63,804 nucleotides of DNA, filler included, from Licmophora abbreviata (GCA_900291995.1; 13 parts of 13 records of this genome joined end to end with filler, not necessarily neighbours in it), one strand, 5' to 3'. Shown: positions 35,784-47,163, numbered from the whole stretch's first letter. Notes: a model not told the origin generated them from the sequence alone. Translations and numbers: made by a program.

Positions 35784-36889
35784 ATGGCAACCCGAACGAC
35801 AACAGAAGAAGAGGAGCTGTTCCGACGACAGAGACGCAAGGACTCATATCATCTAGCAGCAGGAAGAACCCGACTCCCAGTGGAGCTCGATGAGACGGAC
35901 TTTCTGTTCCGTTTCCTGGTCGAGGGCACCTCCAACACATCACGTGCCACATCGCACGATCTAACCAAACTCAAAGCAGATCTCGTTCGTGAACTGGCCA
36001 TGTCTCGAGGAAAATCAGACACTCCGAGCTTTCAGAAAGCACTTGAAGAGCTGTCCAGCGTATTCGACCCGTCTCAGCTCGACGTCCGCAATCGCCGAAA
36101 CGAACATCTCGGAGGGATGTGGCTCACACTCACCAAACCAAAGTACCCCGACTGCCTTGGTCTCAACCAGGATGGTGAGTATATGTACTCTCTGGGACGG
36201 ATGTCCTTTGGAAAGTTTAGTCCTGATGCGCTGGTCTGCAGCATTCAGGGAACTTTCAATCCCATACACTACGTCAGTCGAAGAGACCGAAATGCGATCG
36301 ACCAGGTCCCAAGCAGTCTCAAATCCGAGTTGCAGCAGGGAAAGACCGTTCTTAGAACGTACGAGTAAGTTGAGGGACCACCCGTTGCATCGGCACCTTC
36401 TAATTCCTGTCACCATGCACTCATCGGTGCGTGCAATCGCCTCCTTTTAGTATCGTGACAGCTTGTACCATTGAGCCACGTAGTTGCAAGACTGAAGCTG
36501 CATCAACCGCCAACGGAGAAGTGTCGAGGCCAATCAAGGCGCTCATGACGACCTACGGGTATGCACTTCCCGATCCGACAAATCCCAACCGGCTTTCGAT
36601 TTGGTTCACGGGTGGATCGATTGAAGTAAACGATGGAGAATTGGATATGCCTACATGGGAGAAACTGTTTCGGACTTTTTCAAAGAGACATCGCTCGAAA
36701 GAGAACGCTACCCCTACCATGGCGATGGAAAACGATGGAAAAATGTCATACACGCTGCATACGCTCGTGGGGGGACATGGTGTTGCCTACGTTGATATAT
36801 TGTATTTGGATAGCACGCTTCGGATCGTGCGAGGATCCGCGGGAGATGTTGTCGTCTTCGCGCGTGTCCCACACTTTCCTGACGAATGA
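35784..36889 (+). CDS. PAP/fibrillin-like (lipocalin-fold) domain protein
   Basis: Intron 36365..36450 is in frame. LGGMW near the N-terminus and C-terminal ILYLDSTLRIVRG...VFAR. Confidence 0.7.
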
Positions 36890-37120
36890 GTGTACTTGTA
36901 CTGGGAGTCTTTTGCTCTGTGGGATGGGTCGAATCTATCTGTCTCCCTTCACTTCCACCAGCATCAGCATTCAGGCGAATGCAGGGCGTGGTAGTATCGT
37001 TCGAGCTACCGATTCTTCCGTCCTATCCTCGCTAGTCACCAGCGGCGACATGTTGTTATCTCGTATTCAAGTTTCCAGTAGCTTACTCGAAAGACGGCCA
37101 ACATTTCTGTTAGTTTCGAA

Positions 37121-37717
37121 TCAATTGACTCGACTCGACGTGTTCTCAAGAAGATACGACGCAATGAAATCGTCGCCGTATGCTTCTTTCACCAACTCAG
37201 CACGAGATCGACACCGGTAACCACGAAGCTTCCTGCGGCACACAGGGCTTCCGCACGTACAATCAAAACCAGCTATTTCATATTCCGCAGTTTCATAATC
37301 CCAAGTAAGCTCTTCGCCTCGATCAATGTTACGTAGTGCAAAGAAGTCATAAGCGCCCAAATCGTTGTCTTTGATCCCTAGATTTGCGATACCACAGACG
37401 TGATTGACGAACCTCGCCGGGAGATCCATAATTGCGTGCTTATTGTGATCCGTCTGGATTGAATGCGACTCCCGTTCCGTACTTAGGGACAGTGCGCGGC
37501 CTTGTATTACTAGGTCGCCCTCTGTAAGACCTTTCGAAGCGAACAAGCCATAACCGCGATCGCCTGCCGAGTCGATTAGCACTTGGCCAAGGCATCTCTC
37601 ATTTGCCTCGTCGATTTCATTCGCAAGCTCTGCAGCCGAAGAATCGCTCACACGCCAGCGTACTCGGCATGTGAGGGCGGTGATAGGAGCGATGCTACTC
37701 CGGCATAGCCTTAGCAT
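37121..37717 (-). CDS. Small SET + post-SET lysine methyltransferase
   Basis: Motifs RGYGLFA, RFVNHVC, GEELTWDY and CTCGSPVCR. Confidence 0.88.
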   Translation of the reverse strand: MLRLCRSSIAPITALTCRVRWRVSDSSAAELANEIDEANERCLGQVLIDSAGDRGYGLFASKGLTEGDLVIQGRALSLSTERESHSIQTDHNKHAIMDLPARFVNHVCGIANLGIKDNDLGAYDFFALRNIDRGEELTWDYETAEYEIAGFDCTCGSPVCRRKLRGYRCRSRAELVKEAYGDDFIASYLLENTSSRVN

Positions 37718-37882
37718 CTTTCATCTGACAGGCACACAACCGATTGACGACACTAATACTCGTACTTCGCTGATTACAAAGTCGCCGCCGAGCGAGTGAG
37801 TCGAGTCAGTCGAGTTTACAGCGGGTACTGAACTCCCATCATCCCAAAAGGTTACCTATACAGACTACTACTTCATAGTCTA

Positions 37883-39016
37883 TTATTGCATTTCATGTAG
37901 GAAGGCCACAGCCACCTCGAGAGTCATAGAATCGTCGGGAAGTGAATCGTGGGTCTCCAGGAACGCAACCCAGTCCTCCAAGAAATTCTCGTATGTCAGA
38001 TGCTCTCGTTCCGCCGCGGTGAAGATGACTTCATAGCACTTCCGAAGAGCAATTCTGTCGAACTCGGCCGATTCGAAGACCCTATCCAGATCTTCTCGTC
38101 TTGTCCTTGTCAGCATGGGATTTTGTATTTGGAACCAGTCGTCGTTCGTTTTGTGGATATGATTGCGTACAGTCTCACGATCCAATTCTATATTGCATTC
38201 AACGTCCGTCCTCGCCTCGGGAGGCATTTGACGGCGGCGACGGCACAGCAAGACATTCACAGTGCGACGGTAATGCTCGTCAGGAGAGAAGGATCCGGAT
38301 ACCCACGCCGATTCCCGGTCTTCTCCGTCGTTGACAGGCAGCACTGAATTCTGCGCTGAATTCTGCACTGAAGCTGGTTCTCCGTCATTTCTTCGCAAGT
38401 CCTCGACCTCTCGGTACATGACTTTGTGCGTGACAGTCCATTCTGTCCCAGGAAGGTTCTCAAGCAGAGGTACCAGCAAATCCAAATGATGAAACGACAC
38501 AAGCACGTAAACTCCGTCAACTGGATTCAAGCATCGATAGACTTCGCACAAGAGACCGGCAGATGCCTCGTCTGAACAGAGAGTGCAATCCAGCGTGCTC
38601 TTATCAACCACCAGGTCAAAGTATCCTGATTGATAGGGTATTCTGCCCGTTGCTAAATCACAATGACAAAACTTGAGTCGCTCGGTATCTGGCTCGGAAT
38701 GTTGAGAAACGTCCTCCCACCTCTTTTGCATTTGCTGGAGTGTGAGTTTGTCGACATCGACGTTGACCACTTCTGCACAGCGTAGCTTCTGGACTAGATA
38801 CTCGCCAAGCGTAGAGCTGCCGCAGCCCACATGCAAAGCCCTTCGACTCGACAGCGACGGCTCTATCTCCAATCCACTGTTTTTTTTGCTGTCAATGTCA
38901 AATAGTGAACTCAGCGTAGATTCCAGGCTCGATGCGTTTGTCAGCCATTCGAACGGACGAATACTCGATTCTGGCTCGACATGTGAGGCTTTTCTCTCTT
39001 CTTGGCTGTCACGCAT
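37883..39016 (-). CDS. Class I SAM methyltransferase (EEF1AKMT4/METTL13-like)
   Basis: Motifs FEW, LHVGCGSS and FDLVVDKSTLD. Confidence 0.8.
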   Translation of the reverse strand: MRDSQEERKASHVEPESSIRPFEWLTNASSLESTLSSLFDIDSKKNSGLEIEPSLSSRRALHVGCGSSTLGEYLVQKLRCAEVVNVDVDKLTLQQMQKRWEDVSQHSEPDTERLKFCHCDLATGRIPYQSGYFDLVVDKSTLDCTLCSDEASAGLLCEVYRCLNPVDGVYVLVSFHHLDLLVPLLENLPGTEWTVTHKVMYREVEDLRRNDGEPASVQNSAQNSVLPVNDGEDRESAWVSGSFSPDEHYRRTVNVLLCRRRRQMPPEARTDVECNIELDRETVRNHIHKTNDDWFQIQNPMLTRTRREDLDRVFESAEFDRIALRKCYEVIFTAAEREHLTYENFLEDWVAFLETHDSLPDDSMTLEVAVAFLHEMQ

Positions 39017-39355
39017 ACTGGTACGGCTGGGAACCGCTCTGGAAGAGGACGAACAATCTCAAAATCAGGCCGAAGAGACGCATCGCTTGTTGCTTGTTCG
39101 ATCATGGTCGGCGTAATGCCGAGTGAGACGGGTGGCGCGCGGCTGAGTGATGTCGCGCATAGCGTCTGGCCTCCACCAGTCGAACGTGACTGTGACAAAA
39201 ACTGATGCTCGTCGATGCGCTCACAAAATAGTAGCGCCGCGGGGCGACTTGACTGATTGATGGTCAATGGCACATTCTCTATCTAACGGTTACGCTACTT
39301 GTTAACAATATGATGGATCGCACGTCACACCTTTCCATGTTCATCCGCGCTCCTC

Positions 39356-40432
39356 CTAGTTTCTGTTGTACGAGTAGTCGAAGATATCTCCCGGCGGCGG
39401 AGTAAAGTCAGTCGACCGTGGATCCGGTAGCCAACAGAAATCCAGTGCTCGCAAGGCTTCAAGTCGTTCCTCGTTTAATCCCGAGGTGTAAACTCCCTCT
39501 ACCTTTTGCTGGAGACTGACCGAAAGGACGTACTCTCTCAGGGCCCACCGCAGGTGCCTGACCCACACTCCAAGCGGCTTGTTCGCGCGGTATTGTTGTG
39601 GCACGTCGCAATGCCCATGCTCTTTCTTGAACAGGACTAAATCGTTATACATGTTCCACCATACAATTTCCTTGGGGTGAAACAAGAATCCGATCGATTC
39701 CAACTTTCTCGTCTGCTCGTCCGTCATCTTTGCAGTCGTCGCGTGCTTATACTTGTAGCGCTGAGACGAGACCCATGCCGATAGCTTGGGGTACTCCTTG
39801 CAGGGTGTCGGCACGTTGGAGTGCCCAAATCGTTTCTTAAATTCGACAAGTTCTGCAAACTTCTTTTCCCAATTAGCGTCGTGAGCGTTCCAGACAAAGC
39901 CGATCGATTCGAGCTTATCAATGCCGTCAGCCGTGAGAAACGACATGTGTTGCTTGCCTGGGCGTGACAGATACTTGTAGTAGGTCCTCTGATTGCGTAC
40001 CCAGCTAGCTAACGATTTGAAGTGAGGCCCGTCTGGGTCAGAATGGCCGTGTTGTTCGTAGAAGTGTTTGAGTTCGTGGAATCGCTCATACCATCGCTTG
40101 GAGGATGGCTGGTAGAATCTGTCGTGGAGCTGCTGTTGATGCAACTTTGGGACGTTGAGAGACCGCCTTTGCACCTGGTACTGATCGGATATCTCATTGT
40201 CTACGAAGGTGGAATTGCTGAACACGGGCATGAATGCAACCGACAGTGTCGTAGAAGACTTGATCTGTGGCCGCTGGCAAAGTGCCCTTTGGGAATTTAG
40301 CGACCATCCATGACATCCAGCAAGAAATACGAGTCCTACCAAGAGCCTACCGACACACCAGGACCGTATTGAGTTCCTCTGAGTCATGATTTTTTGGGTT
40401 TCGAGCCTAGGTCGGACTATGAAGGCATTCAT
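39356..40432 (-). CDS. Helicase-associated (HA) repeat protein, 3 repeats, with signal-peptide-like leader
   Basis: Three W...EL..F...GH..VP...L..WV..QR...LE.IGF.W repeats. Leader LLVGLVFLAGCHG-WSL. ATG at 40432 or 40387. Confidence 0.85.
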   Translation of the reverse strand: MNAFIVRPRLETQKIMTQRNSIRSWCVGRLLVGLVFLAGCHGWSLNSQRALCQRPQIKSSTTLSVAFMPVFSNSTFVDNEISDQYQVQRRSLNVPKLHQQQLHDRFYQPSSKRWYERFHELKHFYEQHGHSDPDGPHFKSLASWVRNQRTYYKYLSRPGKQHMSFLTADGIDKLESIGFVWNAHDANWEKKFAELVEFKKRFGHSNVPTPCKEYPKLSAWVSSQRYKYKHATTAKMTDEQTRKLESIGFLFHPKEIVWWNMYNDLVLFKKEHGHCDVPQQYRANKPLGVWVRHLRWALREYVLSVSLQQKVEGVYTSGLNEERLEALRALDFCWLPDPRSTDFTPPPGDIFDYSYNRN

Positions 40433-40816
40433 CGTCGTCGTCAACGCATTTTTTGATTTTTGTTCGGGCTGGCGAGAATTCTGAGCACATAACGGGACCA
40501 CACTATCACAGTCAGCATCAGCACTATCATCAGCGCGCCAAACACATCATCGAACTTTTGGACATTTTCAAATTTGGACTTTTCGAACCGGCACTGACGT
40601 CACTCCCTCCTTGCAATGATTGAGTCGAGGAAGTCAACTTGGTATTCTCTCCAATGAGTAAACTTTACTCGTAAGCTTGCGAACTTCCTAGAGAAAGCTC
40701 GTAAAACGAAAAGAGCTCGTGCCTCGACGGCGAAGAATGAAGATTCGCCTCAACTTTGAACCGCGACGCACGACAAAAGTTGACACAAGATTGTGTTACT
40801 AGTATCCTACGAGACC

Positions 40817-41991
40817 ATGAGAGCCCTCTTGTCCCTCTGTCTGGCGGGCTACTTCGTCCATTTCTCGAATGCCTTGTCGACGGTGGCGAGTACACCACCT
40901 CAGAAGGTCGTCGTCACTGGTGCAGGTTCGTAAGAATAGAAAGCTTCACGTCGACCACTCGTTTCGTCGTTTCAGCATCGCACTGTACGGATTGCCGGCA
41001 AGCGTCGTCGCGTCACCGACTCACCGATCCTCCTTTCCTTCTACTGACCTACTCTCGTAGCTGGTCGGACGGGAAAACTGCTCTTTTCCAAGTTAGTGTT
41101 GGACAGTCGCTACGAACCGATCGCGATTGTCAGAACTGAATCCAGCGCTAAGAAATTCCACAAGGAGACAAAGTGCGGAATAGATCATGTTATTGTGTGT
41201 GACGTGACCAGCATCCAGAGCACTGATACTCTTCCGGAGCTATCCAGCGCGCGAGCAATGATTATATGCACATCGGCGGTTCCAGTTATTAGTAAGCGAT
41301 CGCTGGTGCGTGCATTCTTGAAGATACCTTGGAATATCTTCCGACGAAACAAGGCCGTCGACTTTCGAAGCCTTAAATTCAACTTCAGACGCGATCAATA
41401 TCCGGAAAAGGTCGACTATGAAGGACAGGTGGCGCAGATTGACTTAGCTAAAAGAATGGGCATCCCTCATGTCATCGTAGTGTCTTCCATGGGTGGAACT
41501 GATCCGTCCAACTTTCTCAATGCTGTTGGAAAGAACCAGGATGGCACCGGGAACGGAGACATATTGCTATGGAAGCGAAAAGCAGAGAGATACCTTGTAG
41601 AGGTAGGTTGCTGTTGTGCGCTTTCGGATTGTGATCAAATATCCAAGTGTTATACCACGCTCGTCTTACTCACTTCTTGCCCCCGCGCATCCTACGATTT
41701 GGAAAGAGCGGATTGCGTTACACGATTGTTCATCCGGGTGGGCTGGTCGACAACCCTGATGGTGTCGAGGAGCTTGTCTTGGATGTCGACGACGAGTTGC
41801 TCGAGAATAAGAAGCGATCTATCAGTCGTGGTGACGTGTCGAACTTGTGCATAGCGGCGTTATCGACGGAGCAAAGCGTCTCATTTGATTGCATAACTAG
41901 AGAAGTCGAGGATGGTAAAGGGATCAAGTCGGCGGAGGAAGCACTTGCGGAATTTTTGAAGCTTCAGAAGACGGCGGACTATTCTCTGTAG
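40817..41991 (+). CDS. NAD(P)-binding atypical SDR (NAD_binding_10 / At5g02240-like), probably plastid-targeted
   Basis: Introns 40926..41060 and 41603..41706 give VVVTGAAGRTG, PEKVDYEGQ, VSSMGGT, WKRKAERYL, YTIVHPGGL and SISRGDV. Confidence 0.88.
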
Positions 41992-42235
41992 TAGGCTCAA
42001 TGATTGTAAAGAAAAGACCCTTTAGCACCCAACTACCGGTACTCTTGGGTCGTGGCACTATAAGCTGTGATACGACGTACGTAGATGTGTGCAAACCCGG
42101 ATATACCGGTACTATAGCAAGACACACAGAGATGTAACACGTTCACCATGGAGCCGAGCCGTGCTATGGATGACCCTTCATTTGACAGAGTCGGCCCTTT
42201 TTCCAGTGCGCAGCGAGAAGTCGAAGATACATAGT

Positions 42236-43269
42236 ATGGAGCGAAAGCTATGGCTCAAAGGGGAAAGCGATCTAGAAAAGGGTACGGTGGAAAACGACGA
42301 TTGCTGCGCTGATGCGCCACAGCTCCCGGAGCTGTCCCCTTCTGAGCAGTCATCATCGTCTTCAAGGCACATTCTATCGGGTGAAATTTCGTTTCGCCCC
42401 TTTGAAGAGTCCGATCGGGATCATGTTCAGGGTCTCCATGAAGCGTGGTTCCCTGTGTCTTACAAGGACGAGTTTTTCGACGAGCTGGTGAAGCAGCGTA
42501 TGGTCAATTCGGGAGAGAGGCTCTTTACCTGCGCCGCCGTGTACCGTCCAGACGAGGAGCAAAAGCAGGGTCTCTGTAACACTGGACGACCTCTTTACAA
42601 AGAAAGAATACTGGAAGTGAAGCAAACGCCTTTAGTTGATGGAGCGAGTGCATACGATTCCACGGACCACCGCGTGCGTGTGCACGGAATGGAGGGTCAG
42701 ATTGTTTCATGCATTGTTGGAACCTTCCTCGACCATACCAAGATTGGAAGACAGACGACAACTTCCTTGATTGCTGACCCCGAGCGACACAAGCGGGTTT
42801 TCTACATTATGACGCTTGGTACGGTGAATGAGTTTCGCCATTGTCGGTTGGGATCGACTCTCGTACACAAGTGCATCCAGCTCGTCGAGCGGGATCCCCA
42901 GTGCGGGGCTCTCTACCTGCATGTGATAACATTCAATGAAGCGGCGATTCGCTTTTATGAAAAGCTGGGGTTCTGTCGAGTCAAAGAAATCAAAGGTGAG
43001 CCATAGTAGTCGTGGGGAGTTCTGCGAGTGTGCGATGCAGGTGCGAAAGTGTGACGCTCACTTGGATGTCCTCTACCTGGTACATGCACCTGATAGACTA
43101 CTACCGAATCGACGGAGAGAAGTACAGCTGTTTTCTATATGCAAAGTACTTTCACGGAAATCGAGGCGCCTGGGACGTCTACTACCATTTCTCGAGGGTT
43201 GCGGTAACGATGTGGGAGCGCCTGACGGCGCCATTCTCAATGGTCCTATCGAAGCAGAGAACACGATGA
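42236..43269 (+). CDS. NAA60: N-alpha-acetyltransferase 60-like (NatF)
   Basis: Motifs LHEAWFPVSY, YIMTLG and LYLHVITFNEAAIRFYEK. Intron 42996..43096 leads to DYYRIDG..LYAKY and an amphipathic C-terminal tail. Confidence 0.8.
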
Positions 43270-43419
43270 CACCATGACACGCCTGGTCTCAGCCCTGACA
43301 ACAACCCCCCTAAACTGGAATGATTTGAAGGCTCCAATTACCAGATGCAGCGTTCACGCCCATTTTGTCGTGCCCACGTACCACCTTTCGTAGCCATAAA
43401 CCACTGAAATATACTCAAG

Positions 43420-44175
43420 TTATTCGAGTAAGAGCGTCCCATTCTTTGCCCATGCAGGCTTCTCACGAGAAATCGCTTTAGCAGGGACTGTCTCTGTTTG
43501 CATCGACAGGTCTTTCCGCATTGTGAGCAAAACGTCGCCACTCTTTGGGTCGACACTCTGCGATTCGACGAGGTAGCCAAGGTTGTTGTAGAGAGACACC
43601 GCCGCCTCGTTTTTCTCTTTCACTTTGAGATAGGCCTCGGATAGAAACCATTGATTCTGCAGAAGTCGTTCCGATTCAAGAATAAGGGCTTTGGCGAGTC
43701 CTCGATTTCGCCAAGTGGGGTCGACGGCGAGGTTGCACATGTAGGGACGTGGTTCCTGTTTGATGCGATTGTCGACATCACACATTGCGATGACTTGGCC
43801 GTCTCTACTTCGACAAGCCACAAGAAGTCGATGCTGATCCCGCTGTTTGGGAAAGTCCGACTCGAGGCTGAGATAAGTCCTGAATCGCTCGTATGCCTTG
43901 GCGAAAAAGTCTCGGTCGCCGTAGAAACCCTCGGCCAGGATTCTCGCTGCTTCTCCCATGTCGGCGATCGCTGCGTCCCGGATAAAGTATTCTTCGTCGT
44001 TGGAAGGGTTTCCGAGCCTTCTGGATAGACGAAGACTATGGGGCAGGGTTGGCGTGGCCTCTGGCTGTGCCGAAAATGGTATTCTGCAGCTGGTCGAGCG
44101 AGAAAGGCTGCAGAAGCTCCGTGCCATTGGAACGCGCAGCAGCGCCGCCGCACAGAGCCACGTCCAACGATGCAT
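43420..44175 (-). CDS. GNAT acetyltransferase, probably plastid-targeted
   Basis: Leader MHRWTWLCAAALLRVPMARS-F. Motifs RPYMCNLAVDPTWRNRGLA and NEAAVSLY..LGY. Confidence 0.85.
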   Translation of the reverse strand: MHRWTWLCAAALLRVPMARSFCSLSRSTSCRIPFSAQPEATPTLPHSLRLSRRLGNPSNDEEYFIRDAAIADMGEAARILAEGFYGDRDFFAKAYERFRTYLSLESDFPKQRDQHRLLVACRSRDGQVIAMCDVDNRIKQEPRPYMCNLAVDPTWRNRGLAKALILESERLLQNQWFLSEAYLKVKEKNEAAVSLYNNLGYLVESQSVDPKSGDVLLTMRKDLSMQTETVPAKAISREKPAWAKNGTLLLE

Positions 44176-44642
44176 CGCCGTCTTGCTTGTCAATCGGTGC
44201 GTCGGTCGTATCGCTCTCATCAGTGTTGGATTTCTTTGGTGCCACAGAGCTGTGATTTATTTGTGTTCGCAATGATGTGGAGCTGTCCTCATTCCATCGA
44301 CGCCGGCGAAGAAACTTCAAACTTCCTTTGTTTCGGGTGCCCCCTTTGGAATGACCAGAGGATTGTCCGATTGTTAATTACAAAACGTGCAATAGGTCGC
44401 CATCTTGTATATATCATGACAGTTTGGAGTGGGAAAACCGGACACGTCACTCCGCCACCAACAAAGGAATAATGTGACAAAGCAAGAAAAGATGATGACA
44501 CATCGCGACTGTCTGCACTGTCATCTCTCAACGTGTTCTCTGATGTGCTTTTCACATTGACGCGATCCCAATTGTCTCCATTTCAGTGAACAGCGCTATC
44601 TCTGCAATCGCTTATCGCTTACTTCTTTGCCTCCAGCCTAAG

Positions 44643-44686
44643 CAACAGAACAACAGAGCAACAGAACAACAGAACAACAGAACAAC
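44643..44686 (+). repeat. Tandem 8-mer CAACAGA(A/G), about 5.5 copies, immediately before an ATG
   Basis: caacagaa caacagag caacagaa caacagaa caacagaa caac, followed by aATG (44688). Confidence 0.85.
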
Positions 44687-44687
44687 A

Positions 44688-45881
44688 ATGAAGACGCGCT
44701 CTTCCTTCCTCGCCTTCGTGTGCTGCACCCTCGCGATAACGAAGACGGACAGCTTTCTCTATACGAGTACTCCAGGTATTCATATTGCTGGTAGACCTGC
44801 AGGCACCGCCGCTTCCTTCGCCTCCACGGCAGTCGCCCGCACTCGAGGTCGCCCTTTCACTTGTCGACAAGCTCGTACGGCGTCACCAGAACCACAAGAC
44901 GAAGCCAAAGCACTGCTGGAAAAGGTTCGAAAGATGCGAGAAGAAATAGCCTCACTAGAAGGACGATCGGTCGACGAAGTTGAAAAGGAGGCGCAAGACA
45001 AGGCTAAACAAAAGATACAGCGACAAGAGCAGGCGGAAGCCGAACAACGAGAGCGAAGGAGTCAATTACAGACGGCAGCGAGCAAAATGTCAGACGGCAG
45101 ATTCTTGAATGTTCCAGAGACAGCAGACGATCAAGTACAGCAAGCAGCAGATGCCGTCAAAAGGGCTTTCAAGGACGGAATCACCCGTCAGACGGTCAGA
45201 TTTGCGCTTGTTCCAGAAGACGAAGTACTCAATCAGGAAGACCGACAATGGCCCGGAGGCGCACAGCAGATGTATCGGGAAGCCGCTGGTCCCCTTACAC
45301 GCAACCTTCTTCGAACGATCGGAACCGGTGATGACTTTCGGAAACCCAACATTACCTCTCAAGACGTTTGGGACTTTGACGGCTCTGCCATTATTAACGC
45401 GGAAGCGCCCTCAGGACCGAAAGACGATGTACAAGCTCTTGTCTTTCCCAATACTGATAACAAGTATTCCAACGACATTCAAACGATTGATGTGGCCATG
45501 AAGGAACGTCTCTTTTTACTGGTCAATCCATTTTGGAGAAACCTCGACTCTTGGGGAATTAACCTGCTGGCGCCGAATGCCAAGAAAATAGCACAGGAAG
45601 CAATATTCGACAAGGGATTTGATGAGACCTATGTTCTACTGCAAAAATCGGTTCGTGGCGAAGACTGCATTGCGTTGAAAGCGTATCCGTACGATTGGCA
45701 GCTGTATGCGTACATTGAGAATGACTTTTGGCCCTACGACGAAGCGATTGTGCATTTGGGAACAACCGAAGCGGAACCAACTGCAGCGGAGTTTGCCGAT
45801 CTGATGAGCAAACGGGATGAATTCAAACTTAGCAAGAATATGCGCCAAATGCAGAGAATGATGGGCAAGAACGACGAATAG
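44688..45881 (+). CDS. DUF1995-domain plastid protein
   Basis: Leader ending TKTDS-FL, a coiled coil, then QAADAVKRAFKDGITRQ, LLVNP and ALKAYPYDWQLY. Confidence 0.75.
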   Translation: MKTRSSFLAFVCCTLAITKTDSFLYTSTPGIHIAGRPAGTAASFASTAVARTRGRPFTCRQARTASPEPQDEAKALLEKVRKMREEIASLEGRSVDEVEKEAQDKAKQKIQRQEQAEAEQRERRSQLQTAASKMSDGRFLNVPETADDQVQQAADAVKRAFKDGITRQTVRFALVPEDEVLNQEDRQWPGGAQQMYREAAGPLTRNLLRTIGTGDDFRKPNITSQDVWDFDGSAIINAEAPSGPKDDVQALVFPNTDNKYSNDIQTIDVAMKERLFLLVNPFWRNLDSWGINLLAPNAKKIAQEAIFDKGFDETYVLLQKSVRGEDCIALKAYPYDWQLYAYIENDFWPYDEAIVHLGTTEAEPTAAEFADLMSKRDEFKLSKNMRQMQRMMGKNDE

Positions 45882-46215
45882 ATCTTGCAGGAGAGGTGCA
45901 GAGCGATTCACACTCGGATACATATGTGATTCACAGAGGCTGTCTCACTTAAGTCAAGCGTGATTCACCGATCGCCATAGTTTAAGACTAAGGAACATAC
46001 CTTGACCTTCCTACGACTGGCTTGGAGAGCAACGGGGCGATTCTTCAATGCCAGTCGTTTTGGGATACAAAATTGAGATGCGTTTCACTTGCGGCAGGTC
46101 TTCACTGAAGAGCAACGGCTCGACATGACTCACAAAGCAACTCTGGCCGATCAAGAAGAAGCGAGCATTTCCCGATACGAGCGGCGAAAACGCACTGCTT
46201 GGTGCGCTTTCGAGT

Positions 46216-47163
46216 ATGTCTTCCTCCTCCCGTGTCGACATGGCGACCATGCTTTCCCATTGTCACGCGCACGAATGGCATCGCGTAACCGAGTGCGTTA
46301 GGCAGAATCCTAGTTTAGCCTTGATGATTCTCAAGATGAAGAACAAGTTGACGACGACTATTCTTCATCAAGCCATTTCGTCTCGTGGTAATGTGGCAGC
46401 ACGGGCAGATACAATCATGACTATTCTGAAGGTGCAGCCTCACGCTGCATCCCTTTCGAACGGATACAATTCGCTACCTCTGCATGTCATAGCTCAACGA
46501 AACACAAGCATCGACGCTCCCACGAAGGAGCGTTTGATTGTAGCGCTGATTAATACGTACCCCGAGGCCCTTGAGAAGAAGGGGGGACTGCGCGAACGTA
46601 CCCCTCTACACATTGCCTTCACGGACTACATTTCGCCACGAATCATAAAGCTCATGGTGGGACTATGTCCTGATGCAGTCTTCATGACTGACAAGCAGGG
46701 GTGGCTACCAATCCATGTAGCTTGCTCCCGTCACTGCTCTCCAGAGAAACTGGATCTGCTCTTGGAAGTAAACCCGGCGTGTCTCGAAGTACACACGAAA
46801 AAAGGTCAAACTCCTCTGAGTCTAGCTCAGTCGACCGCAACCAAGGCTCATCCGAATCTATTGTTATTGCAGGATATCAAGAATCGTCTCGGAGGCGATG
46901 CCGACATGTCAGTCATGACGCGGGCACCGACACCTGTAAGTCCTACTATCAACAAGGAGAACCTCCAAATGAACTCCAAGGCGAGAAAGAAGCGCGCCTC
47001 CAAGCGACGTACCGCTCCCGGTCCAAACGACGATGCAGAGCTCCTCCTCCATTTTCACAAGAATGTAGCGGCGAAGAGTCAATTATCTTCATTTGATTAC
47101 TTCCCCTCGACTGCACATGACGATTCTGATCTACTCCACAAAGTCACCGCATACCCCGTGTGA
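46216..47163 (+). CDS. Ankyrin-repeat protein
   Basis: Ankyrin-like motifs TILHQAI, SLPLHV, RTPLHIA, GWLPIHVAC and GQTPLSLA, with a basic NLS-like tail. Confidence 0.85.
   Translation: MSSSSRVDMATMLSHCHAHEWHRVTECVRQNPSLALMILKMKNKLTTTILHQAISSRGNVAARADTIMTILKVQPHAASLSNGYNSLPLHVIAQRNTSIDAPTKERLIVALINTYPEALEKKGGLRERTPLHIAFTDYISPRIIKLMVGLCPDAVFMTDKQGWLPIHVACSRHCSPEKLDLLLEVNPACLEVHTKKGQTPLSLAQSTATKAHPNLLLLQDIKNRLGGDADMSVMTRAPTPVSPTINKENLQMNSKARKKRASKRRTAPGPNDDAELLLHFHKNVAAKSQLSSFDYFPSTAHDDSDLLHKVTAYPV

Noticed and set aside
37121..44175. Cluster of methyl- and acetyltransferases as a modification gene cluster
   Set aside because: The families are unrelated, predicted compartments differ and strands are mixed; chance adjacency in a compact genome is sufficient.
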